Assembly (NCBI GenBank): GCA_030295235.1
Contig: AP026180.1
Span: 1 to 64,000 of the forward strand
Origin: Fistulifera solaris
Lineage: Eukaryota
Reading direction: 5' to 3'
DNA: 64,000 bases
This document shows positions 52,969-64,000 of the stretch, one piece after another; position 1 is the first letter of the stretch; every line of letters begins with the position of its first letter. The notes under the pieces were generated by a model, which saw only the letters and a list, made by a program, of their open reading frames with translations, ran no database searches and was not told the DNA's origin. The position numbers and the translations under genes are program-made.

Positions 52969-54636
52969 ATGATGAAGCCACTGGCCTTTTTGTTTTGGCT
53001 ACAACTATCAACATGCGCCAGCGCCTTTCAATCACTGCCTTTCACACAGTCGTCAACATTACACTCCACGGTATTGTTCTTGGCCAAACGAAGACAAACC
53101 AAACAAAACAGAGAAATCGAAAAGTCCCGTCCCAAGTCATTTTATGACAAGATTGATGCCAAGAGCGCTACAGCCGAACTCACGGAGGAAGAACGGGCCC
53201 GCGAAGAACGCGCCCGCGCCGCACAGGAACGCATGGAGAAGCGTCCAACCATTTCGACACTGATTGTGGATGAAGAGTCGGGGACCGAAATTGTGGCACA
53301 GGGACAGAATGTGATGGACGTGGTCACCCGCAAGGCCGTTCAACTGAGTCCGCGGGGACCGGACTACCGATTGGCGCAACTCTTTCCGGGGGTGCCGCCG
53401 GAAATTCGTCAAAAATACCGTTACGCCAATTGGAGTACCATTGAAGTACCGGAAATGGTCGAGGCGTTGCGCGCGGCGTGTTCCACGCGCGATGGAAACA
53501 TTCCACCGCATCCCAGTGTCACCAATAAAGGCATTGATTTTGTACTCGCCAATCGCGATCGGCTCGGATCGCGCATGAAGCAGACACTGGGACGATTGAC
53601 AATGCGTGCCGCTTCACAGGGGAATATAGAGAAAATGAAGCAAAATCAGATGCTGTGGAAGAACTACCTTACGTTGGAAAATCACATTTCGGCGCCGTTT
53701 CGTCAAATGATGATGGATGCCGAAGGAAGGATTGGGCCCAATTTCGGTAATCTTGATCTCAAGTCGTACGCCAATGGAGACTTGTATGAACGATGTGCGA
53801 ATTATCTTGTTCTCAAGGGAATGGTGGCGCACTGGGAGAAGAAAGTCGTCGATGCTGACGCCAACGAAAAAACCGTCCAAACGCGCGAAAACTACATTCG
53901 CACTATCTCTCGTGGTGATCCCCGGCGCTATTTGCCGGATCCGCCGATCCTCTTTACGCTCAAAGAATGCACACAAGTGTGCTACATGGCCCAGCAAATG
54001 ACCAAAGCATTCGTTGACACGCCCGAATTATTCCAGGACTTGCCGCCCGAAGTGCGTTTCGTGGAAGCAGCACTCAACATTCAGGGAGGCACGCCTCTCC
54101 GTCAGTTCATGTTGGAAGAGTTTTGCCCGGCCGAAGGGATTGGCGGTGCTGGTTTGCGAGAGGGTGTTCGTCGCTTACGTGCACAAATGGAAAACATGCA
54201 GATCGATCCGTACGGTGATTTGACCCGATTGTTGGAAAAACTCGAAGCGGCCATGGCGGTGGGCACCGAAGATGAACGGGATCCGTATCTACCTTACTTT
54301 AAGAACGACGGTCCCGGATCGTTCCAGACCTACACATTCAATCACGAAAAGCTGAGTTTGGTCCGATTCCTCGATAACCAATACAACAACGTCGAAAATG
54401 TTGCTACGAAACCCCAAGCAATGGGACTCGGAGACCTCTTCAACTTTGGAGGTTCATTACCGACAGCACCATCTTCACCGTCCCCGTCGGCTGATTCGTA
54501 CAAAGTTCCAGAAGCTCGTGCCATTGGACGACCGCATGAATTGGGTTGGTTGGATTTACTCAATCAAAAGCCGGAAGGTGAGAAGCTCCAATTAGGAAAA
54601 GTTCCCGCCGGGCGCATTATTCCGGATGACGAGTAA
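52969..54636 (+). CDS. Uncharacterised plastid-targeted protein (555 aa)
   Basis: Intact long ORF; signal peptide plus the canonical ASA-F motif; family not recognised. Confidence 0.75.
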   Translation: MMKPLAFLFWLQLSTCASAFQSLPFTQSSTLHSTVLFLAKRRQTKQNREIEKSRPKSFYDKIDAKSATAELTEEERAREERARAAQERMEKRPTISTLIVDEESGTEIVAQGQNVMDVVTRKAVQLSPRGPDYRLAQLFPGVPPEIRQKYRYANWSTIEVPEMVEALRAACSTRDGNIPPHPSVTNKGIDFVLANRDRLGSRMKQTLGRLTMRAASQGNIEKMKQNQMLWKNYLTLENHISAPFRQMMMDAEGRIGPNFGNLDLKSYANGDLYERCANYLVLKGMVAHWEKKVVDADANEKTVQTRENYIRTISRGDPRRYLPDPPILFTLKECTQVCYMAQQMTKAFVDTPELFQDLPPEVRFVEAALNIQGGTPLRQFMLEEFCPAEGIGGAGLREGVRRLRAQMENMQIDPYGDLTRLLEKLEAAMAVGTEDERDPYLPYFKNDGPGSFQTYTFNHEKLSLVRFLDNQYNNVENVATKPQAMGLGDLFNFGGSLPTAPSSPSPSADSYKVPEARAIGRPHELGWLDLLNQKPEGEKLQLGKVPAGRIIPDDE

Positions 54637-55213
54637 GGAAGTAAAGAATTTTATTGAAGCACACTTTTATGTTTAACTGCCTATGAGTAGCCTATGTAGA
54701 CTATTTGAAATGAGGAAGAGTGCAAAGAAAAAATTGAGGAAGAGTAATGTTCTTTCAGAGGACATTACACATTACAAGAAAGGCACATTACAAGAAAGTA
54801 GTCGCGCTTGCTGTTGAACTTACAACCCAATTAGTTCGTATTCACTTATATTTGATGTTTATTGCTTGTTTATGATGCACCGCCGCCCATCGCCATCCGT
54901 CGTCGTGCTTTGTATCCTTAGAAAGGACCTGATTCATGACTAAGATGCAGTCATGAAAAAGTTATCTACACTTTGGCTATACAGTAGCTATAAAAAGGGT
55001 ACCTGTACGATGGAGACACGATTCATACATACACGTTCCAAGTGGAAGTTGAAATCTAAGAAAAATCCGACAAGTGAAATTCCCTTCACGTTGAAGTTCC
55101 TTCAACGACGTATTTTGCGTTTGATTTTCTCTCTCGCCCTTGTCAAAAGCAAGATCGGCGTTTGTCGCTTTTCTAGTTCATCTTCATTCTTCTCCTCTCC
55201 TTGTGCAACAACA

Positions 55214-57256
55214 ATGGCGCGATTCTCTGCAGCGCTCGCCGCCTTGCTGGCGATTCCTTCGTCCGCCTTTGTTCCTTCAATGAAACCGGCGACGCGCAGC
55301 TTCGCTCTTTCTTCCACGACGGAAAACCGCAATGTCAAACAAACTGAAAACACCTCGCGCGAAGAAATCATGACATTCTCGTACGACATGTCGTTGGAAC
55401 CAAAATACGAGAAGCCGACGTATCCCGGCACTGGTAACGGCCTGTCGGGTGATGCCGGAGAGTACGATGTTGTCGTGATTGGATCCGGAATGGGTGGATT
55501 GGCGTGCGGTGCCCTTTCGGCCAAGTACGGTGATAAAGTGCTCGTCCTCGAATCGCACATCAAATGCGGTGGATCCGCTCACACGTTCTCGCGTATGCAC
55601 AAGGGTGAGAAGTATTCGTTCGAGGTCGGTCCGTCCATCTTTGAAGGATTGGATCGTCCCAGTTTGAATCCTTTGCGCATGATTTTTGATTTGTTGGAAG
55701 AAGAAATGCCCGTCAAAACCTACACTGGACTTGGATACTGGACTCCGACTGGATACTGGCGATTCCCGATCGGCAGTAAGAGTGCATTTGAGCAATTGTT
55801 GCTAGAGCAAGCCGAAGATGGTCCCAAGGCCGTAGAGGTAAGTCAGCGACCTATTCTCGCTTCTTCGTTTCAAATGCATAAGCTCTGACTTTTTGAAAAG
55901 GAATGGAATCAATTGAGAGCACGATTGAAGACTCTAGGTGGATCCACAACTGCGGTTTCCCTATTGAACTTGCGTCAAGATGCTGGTTTCTTGGCAACTA
56001 CTGCAGGTAGTCTTCCTTTCGTGGCGACTCATCCGGATGTTTTTTTGGACCTCCCTTTGACGTTCGACTCGCTTCATAAGACTGTGGATCAAATCGTCAC
56101 CGTGCCTTTCCTCCGTAACTTCATCGATACTATGTGCATCTTTTGTGGATTCCCTGCCAAGGGGGGCCATGACAGCTCACATGCTGTACATTTTGGAGCG
56201 TTTCTTTGAAGAGTCGGCATGTTACTCGGTCCCCATTGGTGGAACATGCGAAATGGGCAACACACTTCAACGTGGGCTCGAAAAGTTTGGTGGCAAACTA
56301 CAGCTCAATGCCCACGTGGACGAAATTATTGTAGAAAACGGACGTGCAACGGGTGTTCGCCTGAAGAACGGCAATGTCGTCAAGGCCAAAAAGCTGTTGT
56401 CAGCAACGCAACTCCATTCGATACTGTCAAGATGTTGGGAACCAAACAGGAATTGCCCGAGGGTGTTGCCAAGTGGAAGGAGCAACTCGGAAAGCTGCCA
56501 CGTCACGGTGCCATTATGCATCTTTTCATCGCCATTGACGCCAAGGACTTGGATTTGTCACACATTGATGACCCTGCTCACCTTGTTGTTCAGGACTGGG
56601 GTCGCTCGCTTCAAGATTCCCAGAACCTTTGCAGTTTCTTCATCCCTAGTATCCTCGACAAATCTCTTTGTCCGGAAGGCAAACACGTCATTCATGTATA
56701 TTCTTCGGGTGGAGAACCTTACGAGCCGTGGGAGAAGTTGACTCCAGGATCAGCAGAGTATGAAGCTTACAAGGAAGAACGTGCGAACGTTTTGTGGCAG
56801 GCCGTCGAGCGTTGCATCCCTGATATCCGCGAGAGAGTTGAATTTTCCATCATTGGCTCACCGTTGGCTCACGAAGCTTTCTTACGACGTGACCGTGGAA
56901 CGTACGGAATGGCGTGGGCTGCTGGTACTTCCGCCCCGTATGCTGGTCTGCTAAGAAATATATTACCCTTCCCATTTCCCGACTTGAAAACACCAGTCGA
57001 CGGGTTGCTGCGATGTGGTGATTCGTGCTTCCCCGGTATCGGTACTCCCAGTGCTGCTGCTTCGGGTGCCATCGCAGCGAACACTATGAATCCTGTCGGT
57101 AAGCACATTGAAATGCTCAAAGAGGCTAGTACGCGCGACCCTACCTATAAGTTTCTTGACCCTGGTCCGCTCGCAAACTTCTACCGATACGGTTTCTTTT
57201 TAGATGCCATCACTCCGAGCCCTGAGCTAAAAGTAGAGCAAGTCACAACACCGTAA
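55214..57256 (+). CDS. Carotenoid isomerase (CRTISO)-like FAD oxidoreductase, plastid-targeted
   Basis: SSA-F presequence; IGSGMGGL FAD motif, FEVGPS, VSNA and CGDSCFPGIGTP..AASG; intron ~55839-55900; frameshift near 56390. Confidence 0.9.
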
Positions 57257-57492
57257 AAAGTGACCGCCTAATCCACATATGCCGACAATAGTCTATAGTA
57301 TTTTCTGAAATAACATCTTTATTTTAAATTGTACAAGGGAGGCGGATAGCACATGCTTCGAAAACACCCCGTAAAAGTGTACGAGGAGGACAATGTTTTC
57401 AGCATAAGAGCACGCTGCGAGAGGCGAGTTTGTAAAATGGGAGACGTGTGAGTAGTATTGTAATGTGTGACAGCTCTGTGCGAGCTGCTTCT

Positions 57493-58757
57493 CTAGGAGA
57501 GGCTGTCTTCGGGGCGGCAACCGTAGGTGACACAAACCGGAGAGACTGTTTCGTCTCGCTTATCGGACGAAGACGATGTGGGGCGAGAATAGCCGCCTTT
57601 GACGTATAGCAGACGAAGCCGCTCGCGACACTGCGAGACTTTGTCCCCCGAAGGTCGGGCTGCAAATTTGCGTTCCAGATCTTGCGTGAAAACTTCAATA
57701 GCTTGAGCTGCACCCGGGGTGTCTTCCATCGCATTCAAGAGGGCTGCAATGGCGACGTCGGAAGGGCGATGGGCGACAAAATAGTAGTCGATCACTCCAA
57801 GTTCTGTCAAGAAGCGCGCAAGTTCTAAGACATCTTGGCGAACGTCATTGGCAATTGAGCTTTGCGGCAACAAGAAAATCATGTGCTTTGCAAAACAGCA
57901 AGCACTGGGTGGATGAACATGCCACGAAAGAGATCTGCGAAGTATTTATTAAAAAAGAAAGAAAGAGATTGAGTTAGACAATGGTATGTGCTCGCAAGAA
58001 ACGTAGAAACTAGGTCAAAAGAAGCCGCTGAAAACTCTAGCTGGAAATTCCACCAAAATTGAGGGAAAAAATACTTAGGAAGTCGGACATTCCAAAGACA
58101 CGAGTCACCAATTCGAAAGCCGCACATGTGACGTCGACGTCTCGATTGATTGTTTGATAGTAAAGAAAATGTGTACTTAAAGAGTATGTGTGGCGCAAAG
58201 ACGTTGGGGCTTCGTTTCCGAGGCGACTGTTCTTGAAATCGTCTTCTGGTATGGTGAAGTTTGAGGGTGCGCAATGCGAGCATGTATACTGACCTTAAAA
58301 TGGAAGCTTCCATTGCAATCATTTGATCGACGCTAAAGTATCCGCGGCTTAATTCAATCATTGAAGCCATACTGATCTTTCCGGGCTCGTAGAGTTTGAT
58401 TGCGAGGAACAAACTGGTCATAGCAGCCAGCTGAAAGAGCTTCTTGTTGACCGTTCGAGTCGCCAAATATCTATCCAAATAATGAATAGCAACACCGACG
58501 ACTTCTCTAGAATAGTCGAAGTGATCAATCACTTGGTAAGCCCACTCGCATATTTTCTCTCTCCAAATTTCGTTGATGCTGGATGTCGAGGAGGAGGATT
58601 TAGAAGAAGAATGACTTCCAGACGATGACAAGAAAAAAGGATTCGCAGAAATGGTGGAGAGCTGCTGCTGGAAGTGAGGTGCCAAATAATCTTCTGTTTT
58701 GTAGAAACAAGCCTCTTGATGGAGCATCACATCCATTCGCTCTTGCAAGTCCACCAT
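57493..58757 (-). CDS. Cyclin, diatom-specific type
   Basis: WREKICEWAYQVIDHF, YLDRYL and FQLAAMTSLFLAIKL; intron 57935-58293; frameshift near 57885. Confidence 0.9.
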
Positions 58758-59398
58758 CGTCTCGGAGAACTTGGATCGAACGCTTTTGTAGAAATTTATT
58801 ATGAAATCCAGGACGGAAAATAAAATGGGGGGTGTCGAAAGTCAAAGCCAAGATCCAAAGTCCAAGGCGTCTGCTGGCACGTGGTAGCGAATGCAAAACA
58901 TACGAGGCAAACAGAGGAATCCGTACATAGAAAACGTACCGTCACTCTTCACTCTAAACCGTAAAGTACAAGTGCGGCTTAGTACACAACCTACATCTGC
59001 GACACATAATTTGACTTTGGTATACTTGAAAGTGTAGTTGAATCAGCCCACCAGTGAAAACAGGTCGAGAGCAGACGGCGGAAGATTTCATTGTTTTCCG
59101 TATCTTCTTTGTCGCCGAGCGGAATTAAAAACTAGAGACACAGTACCTGGGATAATTATAACTAAAAAATAGACTTTGCTGACTAGCTAGAGCGGCAAAA
59201 AGGTATTGATCGTAAATTGAAAAGGCAGCTTCAGGCGTACACTTTACAAGAACCCTCAAGTCCGCTATCAAGCTTTTTTTCGTACAGAGAGGAGCTAAGT
59301 GTCAAAGCACCTCAAGCTATCCAACAGGTTTCTGTTACAAATATCAATGACGCAAATGGCCGTCGATCTATACACGCGCTATATATCCAGTCGCTGCG

Positions 59399-62300
59399 CT
59401 ACAGTGCTAGGCGTTTCAAATCGGCCGCTAAAGATTCTCCCAATCCACCACTCGTAGCCTTGATATCCAGTCTCACGCTGGACTCTTTGATCTTCACTAG
59501 GACTCTTACCCGAGCTCCAGAACTAGAGCGACAGGCTAGTGTGCATGTCGAAGGATCATTGCCGTCAACAACAATTGCTCGAAGAGCGTCTACTAACGCC
59601 GCTCGTATTAAAGAAGGAGGAAGCGCGCCTGTATGAGGGATTTTGCACGTATTTGTTGTCCATCCCGAAGAACCAAGCTCTGCCGCGACATTTTCAAGAG
59701 TAATCCCCGGTTCAGGTCCACAATGAAGGAAAGATGGAAGCACGATTTTTACCGAAGCCTTTTCATTCTGCGTTTGTAAGTGACCCTTGATTTCCTGAGA
59801 CCCGTCACATGGTGGGGGAGGAAAAGGCCCAAATTTGAGTTCGCTATGGCTTCCCTGCACGACATGACCTAAGGTAGAAGGTTGTTGACCTTTCATGACC
59901 ACGACGACGTCATTTAGTGGGGCCAGGGATTTGTTCTCGAGCATCATAATCACCAGTAAACCGTCCGGAGATTGCTCAACCCGATATTTCACTATAACAG
60001 CAGACCAGTCAATGCTTGAGCTAGCCGGTGGTTTCAAAGTCGCCCGCATCCAGGTGCGAGTTTCGTTTGTTTGCCAATCGTCAGAGGTGGAGGACACCAT
60101 AGACAGAACTGCATTGCCTGATTGTGGTGGTAAAACGTGCATAGAATTGGAAGAAATCCCTAGGAGATCGTCAAACGCCGTGTTTATTGGATGAGAAGCT
60201 GAAGTCAAAATGCTTGACGGCTGAGCACTGGCATGAACCTCGTTGCGAGGGTCAAAACCGATGCCGAGGTCCAAAAGATCACCAACCGCATTCTTCATCT
60301 CTGGGCTTGACGTTTTCTCCTTCTTGGTCTTCTTATCTTTTTTCTTCTTTTCTTTCTTATTCTTCGCTGATGTGGTTTGGTCGGGAACATGTTGACGATC
60401 CGCTACGACGTGATGCTTCCTTTCTGGCATGACTTCGTCATCTCGAAGAGGAGTCGTCAAATCAATTTGAGCAAGACTAGCAAACTCTTTCCCGGGTCCG
60501 TGTTTGCGGTTCGTCGCAAACGTTTCATCGTTTTCTTCATCGTCGCTGGTATAAATTTCAACGGAGGTTTTGGACGGACCAATCGTTGATGAAGCCGGTG
60601 CGTCGAAATAAGCGAGCGGATCTAGCTGTGTTTCTTTTCTCTCCTTCTTTGCTTTCTTTTTCCTTGCTTTCTTATCTTTCGCGGAATCATCGTCGCTATC
60701 ACCAAGCTGGATGGCTCCAAATGCATTAGCCTGATGAAACTGCTCTCCGCCTGTCGATGGTGCCGAATCGAGGTAAAATGGGTCGCTTTGACGTGGTCTC
60801 GACAAGGCTGCACTAGGAATGTTGTTCATGACTCTCTGAAAACTTGACAACCCGTCGCCAACGTTTCCAGGGCTCGGTACAGTGACCGGTTCAAGACTTG
60901 CTGGAGCAGACCACCCAGAGTCAGAAATTAAAGGCGTTTGTTGGGTAAAACAAACTGATTCCGGCGAAAGTCTTGTCTGAGCTCGGTATTCTACTTCTGC
61001 ATTTATCATTTTTTCGAAAACAGATAGATCGATCATCTCGGGAAGCCCCAATGATTCGTGCTTCTTTCTCTGTACTTTCGAGCCAATCGGTTTCATCGGT
61101 GCTGCTTTTAGTATGTAAGACAAATAGGACGAAGAATCTCGTATCGAAGTCCCGAGCGAATCATTTTTAGAACCCTTCGCCAGACTAGTACCTGGTGCGG
61201 ATTTACTCATGCCCAATAGATCGTCGTCATCGGAGTCGTCGTTGACCTCTGTTAAAGCGGGTGCACCTGATGAAATCCTGGATTTTATTCCAAGCCCCTT
61301 TAAAGTTTCAAGCGCAGTAAATGCACGCTCCATAACTTCCACATCGGTGCTTTGAATAAAAACCGACAATCCTTCTTCGAGAGATCGAACACAAGCTTCA
61401 AGTTCGTTATTTTGGATTGTTTTGTCAGCTAAAGCAGCCGCGAAAACTTTCATCGAAGCCTGAATGAACACCTTCTGTGTACCTTGGACGTATTTTTGTA
61501 GCTGAAGTGGACTGGAAAACACTTGAATTATGGAATGGTATGAACCGGCACTTTCGTCGTTGAAGAAAACGGCCAGGTCTTCTTGCAGTAAAACTTCAGC
61601 AATGCAATCGGAATATTCTCCAACAATCCATGCAAGAGCGGGTAATATATCAGGTATAATGCGTTTACCCCGTCCGTTGTCTCCATGCGGATTATCGGAT
61701 ACATTGCCATCACCTTCCATCAGAATCTCGATAGATCTTTTAACAGCAAATGGGCGAACGGGTAGTACTCGGAGTGCAACATCCATGATTTGGGCGCGAA
61801 GAAGATCACCGTGTTTTTCTAATCCCCGCATGTGACCAATCTTGAAAAGGACATCCAAATACCACTCGAAATCGGCTAGCAACGCGTACTTGTCGCTTGA
61901 GCACATTTCAACGATTTTTTCGACCAAATCTTGCTTGTACGAGCCGCTTGCCAATTTCACGTGTTTTAATAGCTGAGCAACCAGCTCAATAAGGTTTTTC
62001 CGAGAAGCCATACCCTTTAGTAGTTCAAGGGCTCGAGATCGAATTGTAACGTCTTGATCCGACAAACAAGCCAGAATCAAGGGGCGGTAGTCGGGCGCAC
62101 TTAATACCTTTGGGTGCGACTGCATCAACGAAGCAAATCCGACCAATCCAAGATATTTCAAGTTTTGATCTTGCTGTTCGACAAAATCTCTCAGTGTTTG
62201 CGCGCATAACACAACAATCTCCGACACGATGGCCGGCATGGTTCCATCACTCTTACGACTGTAGGGGAGGCACAAAGTTACGGTGTGAACCGCCTCAAAA

Positions 62301-63177
62301 AGTAACGATTTTGCCTGTGTGGTTCTCACTATTTTTGCAAGTGGTTCTAGCAATTTACGAGCAAGACGAGGCTCCTCTGGTACCAGACTCCCCAGCAGTT
62401 TCACGACCTTGATAAGCATCCAGTTATTGCTCGAATTGGTCAAGAGATCGAAGAACGCTGGAGCAAGATGTAAATAATTTCTCGGGTTTTTGTCGCTTAA
62501 CTCCGTAATGACATTTACAGCGCAGGAGACGACCGAGGGGTCGGAATCTTGCAAGCTCTTTTGAATATGTTCAAACGTTAAACGTAAACCCTGGGGATAC
62601 TTTACGAACACTTTGAACAAACAAAGAATAGCCTTCTTGCGCAGATATGGCTGAGAGTGTTTCGTGAGGTGAGTTATCTCCGGCAACAGATCCTTCGCTA
62701 GTTCTTCCGTGACAATATTGGAAATGCAATTCACAGCGAGCCCCGCCTCATACACCCCATGCATGCCGACGCCAACCGCTCCTCGCAACTCTTTCTTAAG
62801 CAGATTGGTTGTAAGTAATATAACGTCAGTGTCTTGAGTGAACCCTTGGCTCTAAACAGAACAATAATAGTGAGTTTGGAAGCGACCATCAATCCGACAT
62901 GAATTTAAAGTGTACGTACAGCGGCTAGATAGCCAATCCGTTTGTGAGCAAATCGAGGAGAGCTCATAACTTCGATGGACGGAAAAGACGCCCAGTTCAT
63001 GCTATACCCCATCATTTGCAGAAATGTCAATTTTTGTAAGGCATTCGCTTTGACATGCATATCACTGGAATTGATTTCTGATTTGATCTCAGCGATGCAC
63101 TGACTGATGTAAAGCGCGGTATCGCGTTTGGAGGCGCGTATACCCTTAACAACATCCGTCAACGTCTTTTCGAACAT
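59399..63177 (-). CDS. AP3D1: AP-3 complex subunit delta
   Basis: MFEKTLTDVVKGIR, KRIGYLAA, LTTNLLKKEL, SSNNWMLIK, EPRLARKLLEPL and DQNLKYLGL; intron ~62853-62920. Confidence 0.96.
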
Positions 63178-64000
63178 ACTAATATTTAAGGGAATAGCGT
63201 GTTTACATTCAGATAGGATTTCCGATCAATAGAGCTGCAGAGAGCCGCAACATTTGCGAAATCAAGTCGCAATAACCGCGAGGTGCAAAAATCCGTGCAG
63301 CTGACAACAAAAGGCAATAAGCATGGGCAAAGATTTCTCGTTTTACTTAATCAAGACTGGGTACCGCTTGAGTACCGGTGGGTAAGGCTTGGTTGCTTTC
63401 TCCGCTCGCGCGCCTCGAGTGAGTCGTCAAATAATGATGAAATATTGAGCCATCTTGTTTCAAGTAACCCGGTAGTCTGAAACTTAGATCTTTCATTTAA
63501 TAAATCAATGTATTAACTATTTGGGACTGCAATGCAGTCGAGCCCCCTGGTCGGCCATGCTATACGAAATCCGGGTACAGGTAAAGCCGATTTTCACCAC
63601 TTCCAATTTCCGTAAAGTCAGTTACCTTGGTTTTACATCGTAAATACCAACAGCAGTATACAAATCATATCCCTCTTAACGGTCTAAAAGTGTTCCCTGG
63701 CTAATTTCTTTGATAGACGCAGAAGAACTGTCCACTTCGAACTTTGCTGGTGCTAAGCGTTTGCAGTTTGATAAAAGGCCGTAATGGCGTGCATGCTGGT
63801 ACTACCTAGCGTCATCAGCTCGGCATTAGTGTTCGAACAAAGACCAACCGACTCAACGTGGCCGGGCCAGTTAGGCTGTTCGCTTGGCTGGCGCTTCCAA
63901 AAGGAAACGGACACGAACGCGATCATTGAATCCTAGACTCATTTGCACTGCATCACATTTCAAGCTTATAGCGGAGCCAGTAAGCCGTGTCTGCTAACTG

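Noticed and set aside
63480..64000. Coding-like minus-strand sequence at the window end
   Set aside because: No long ORF and no recognisable motif; needs flanking sequence.

Overview
Gene-dense eukaryotic nuclear DNA from a diatom-like stramenopile. Evidence: short GT-AG introns, several bipartite plastid presequences (signal peptide plus an A/S-F motif), a diatom-type cyclin and a mitochondrial-targeted phosphoglycerate mutase. It holds about 30 protein genes (RNA-modification enzymes, trafficking proteins, plastid proteins, housekeeping genes) and one isolated 5S rRNA gene. Many genes carry single-base frameshifts, often at homopolymers; these look like long-read assembly errors, not pseudogenes. 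The most striking unexplained feature is a degenerate 50-60 bp intergenic element: a palindromic (A/G)TGACTG-N4/5-CAGTC(G/A)TG head followed about 25 nt later by a C(T)ATAG-T tail. It occurs at least 11 times, mostly in same-orientation clusters spaced 214-250 bp apart between divergent genes. Other highlights are a 5-nt microexon in RBBP4/MSI1, a plastid-targeted Chlamydia-like TGT, a degenerate ArfGAP-DENN-IQ fusion, a motif shared by introns of two trafficking genes, and a GC-rich hairpin near the 5S gene. All calls come from motif recognition by eye; no searches were run.
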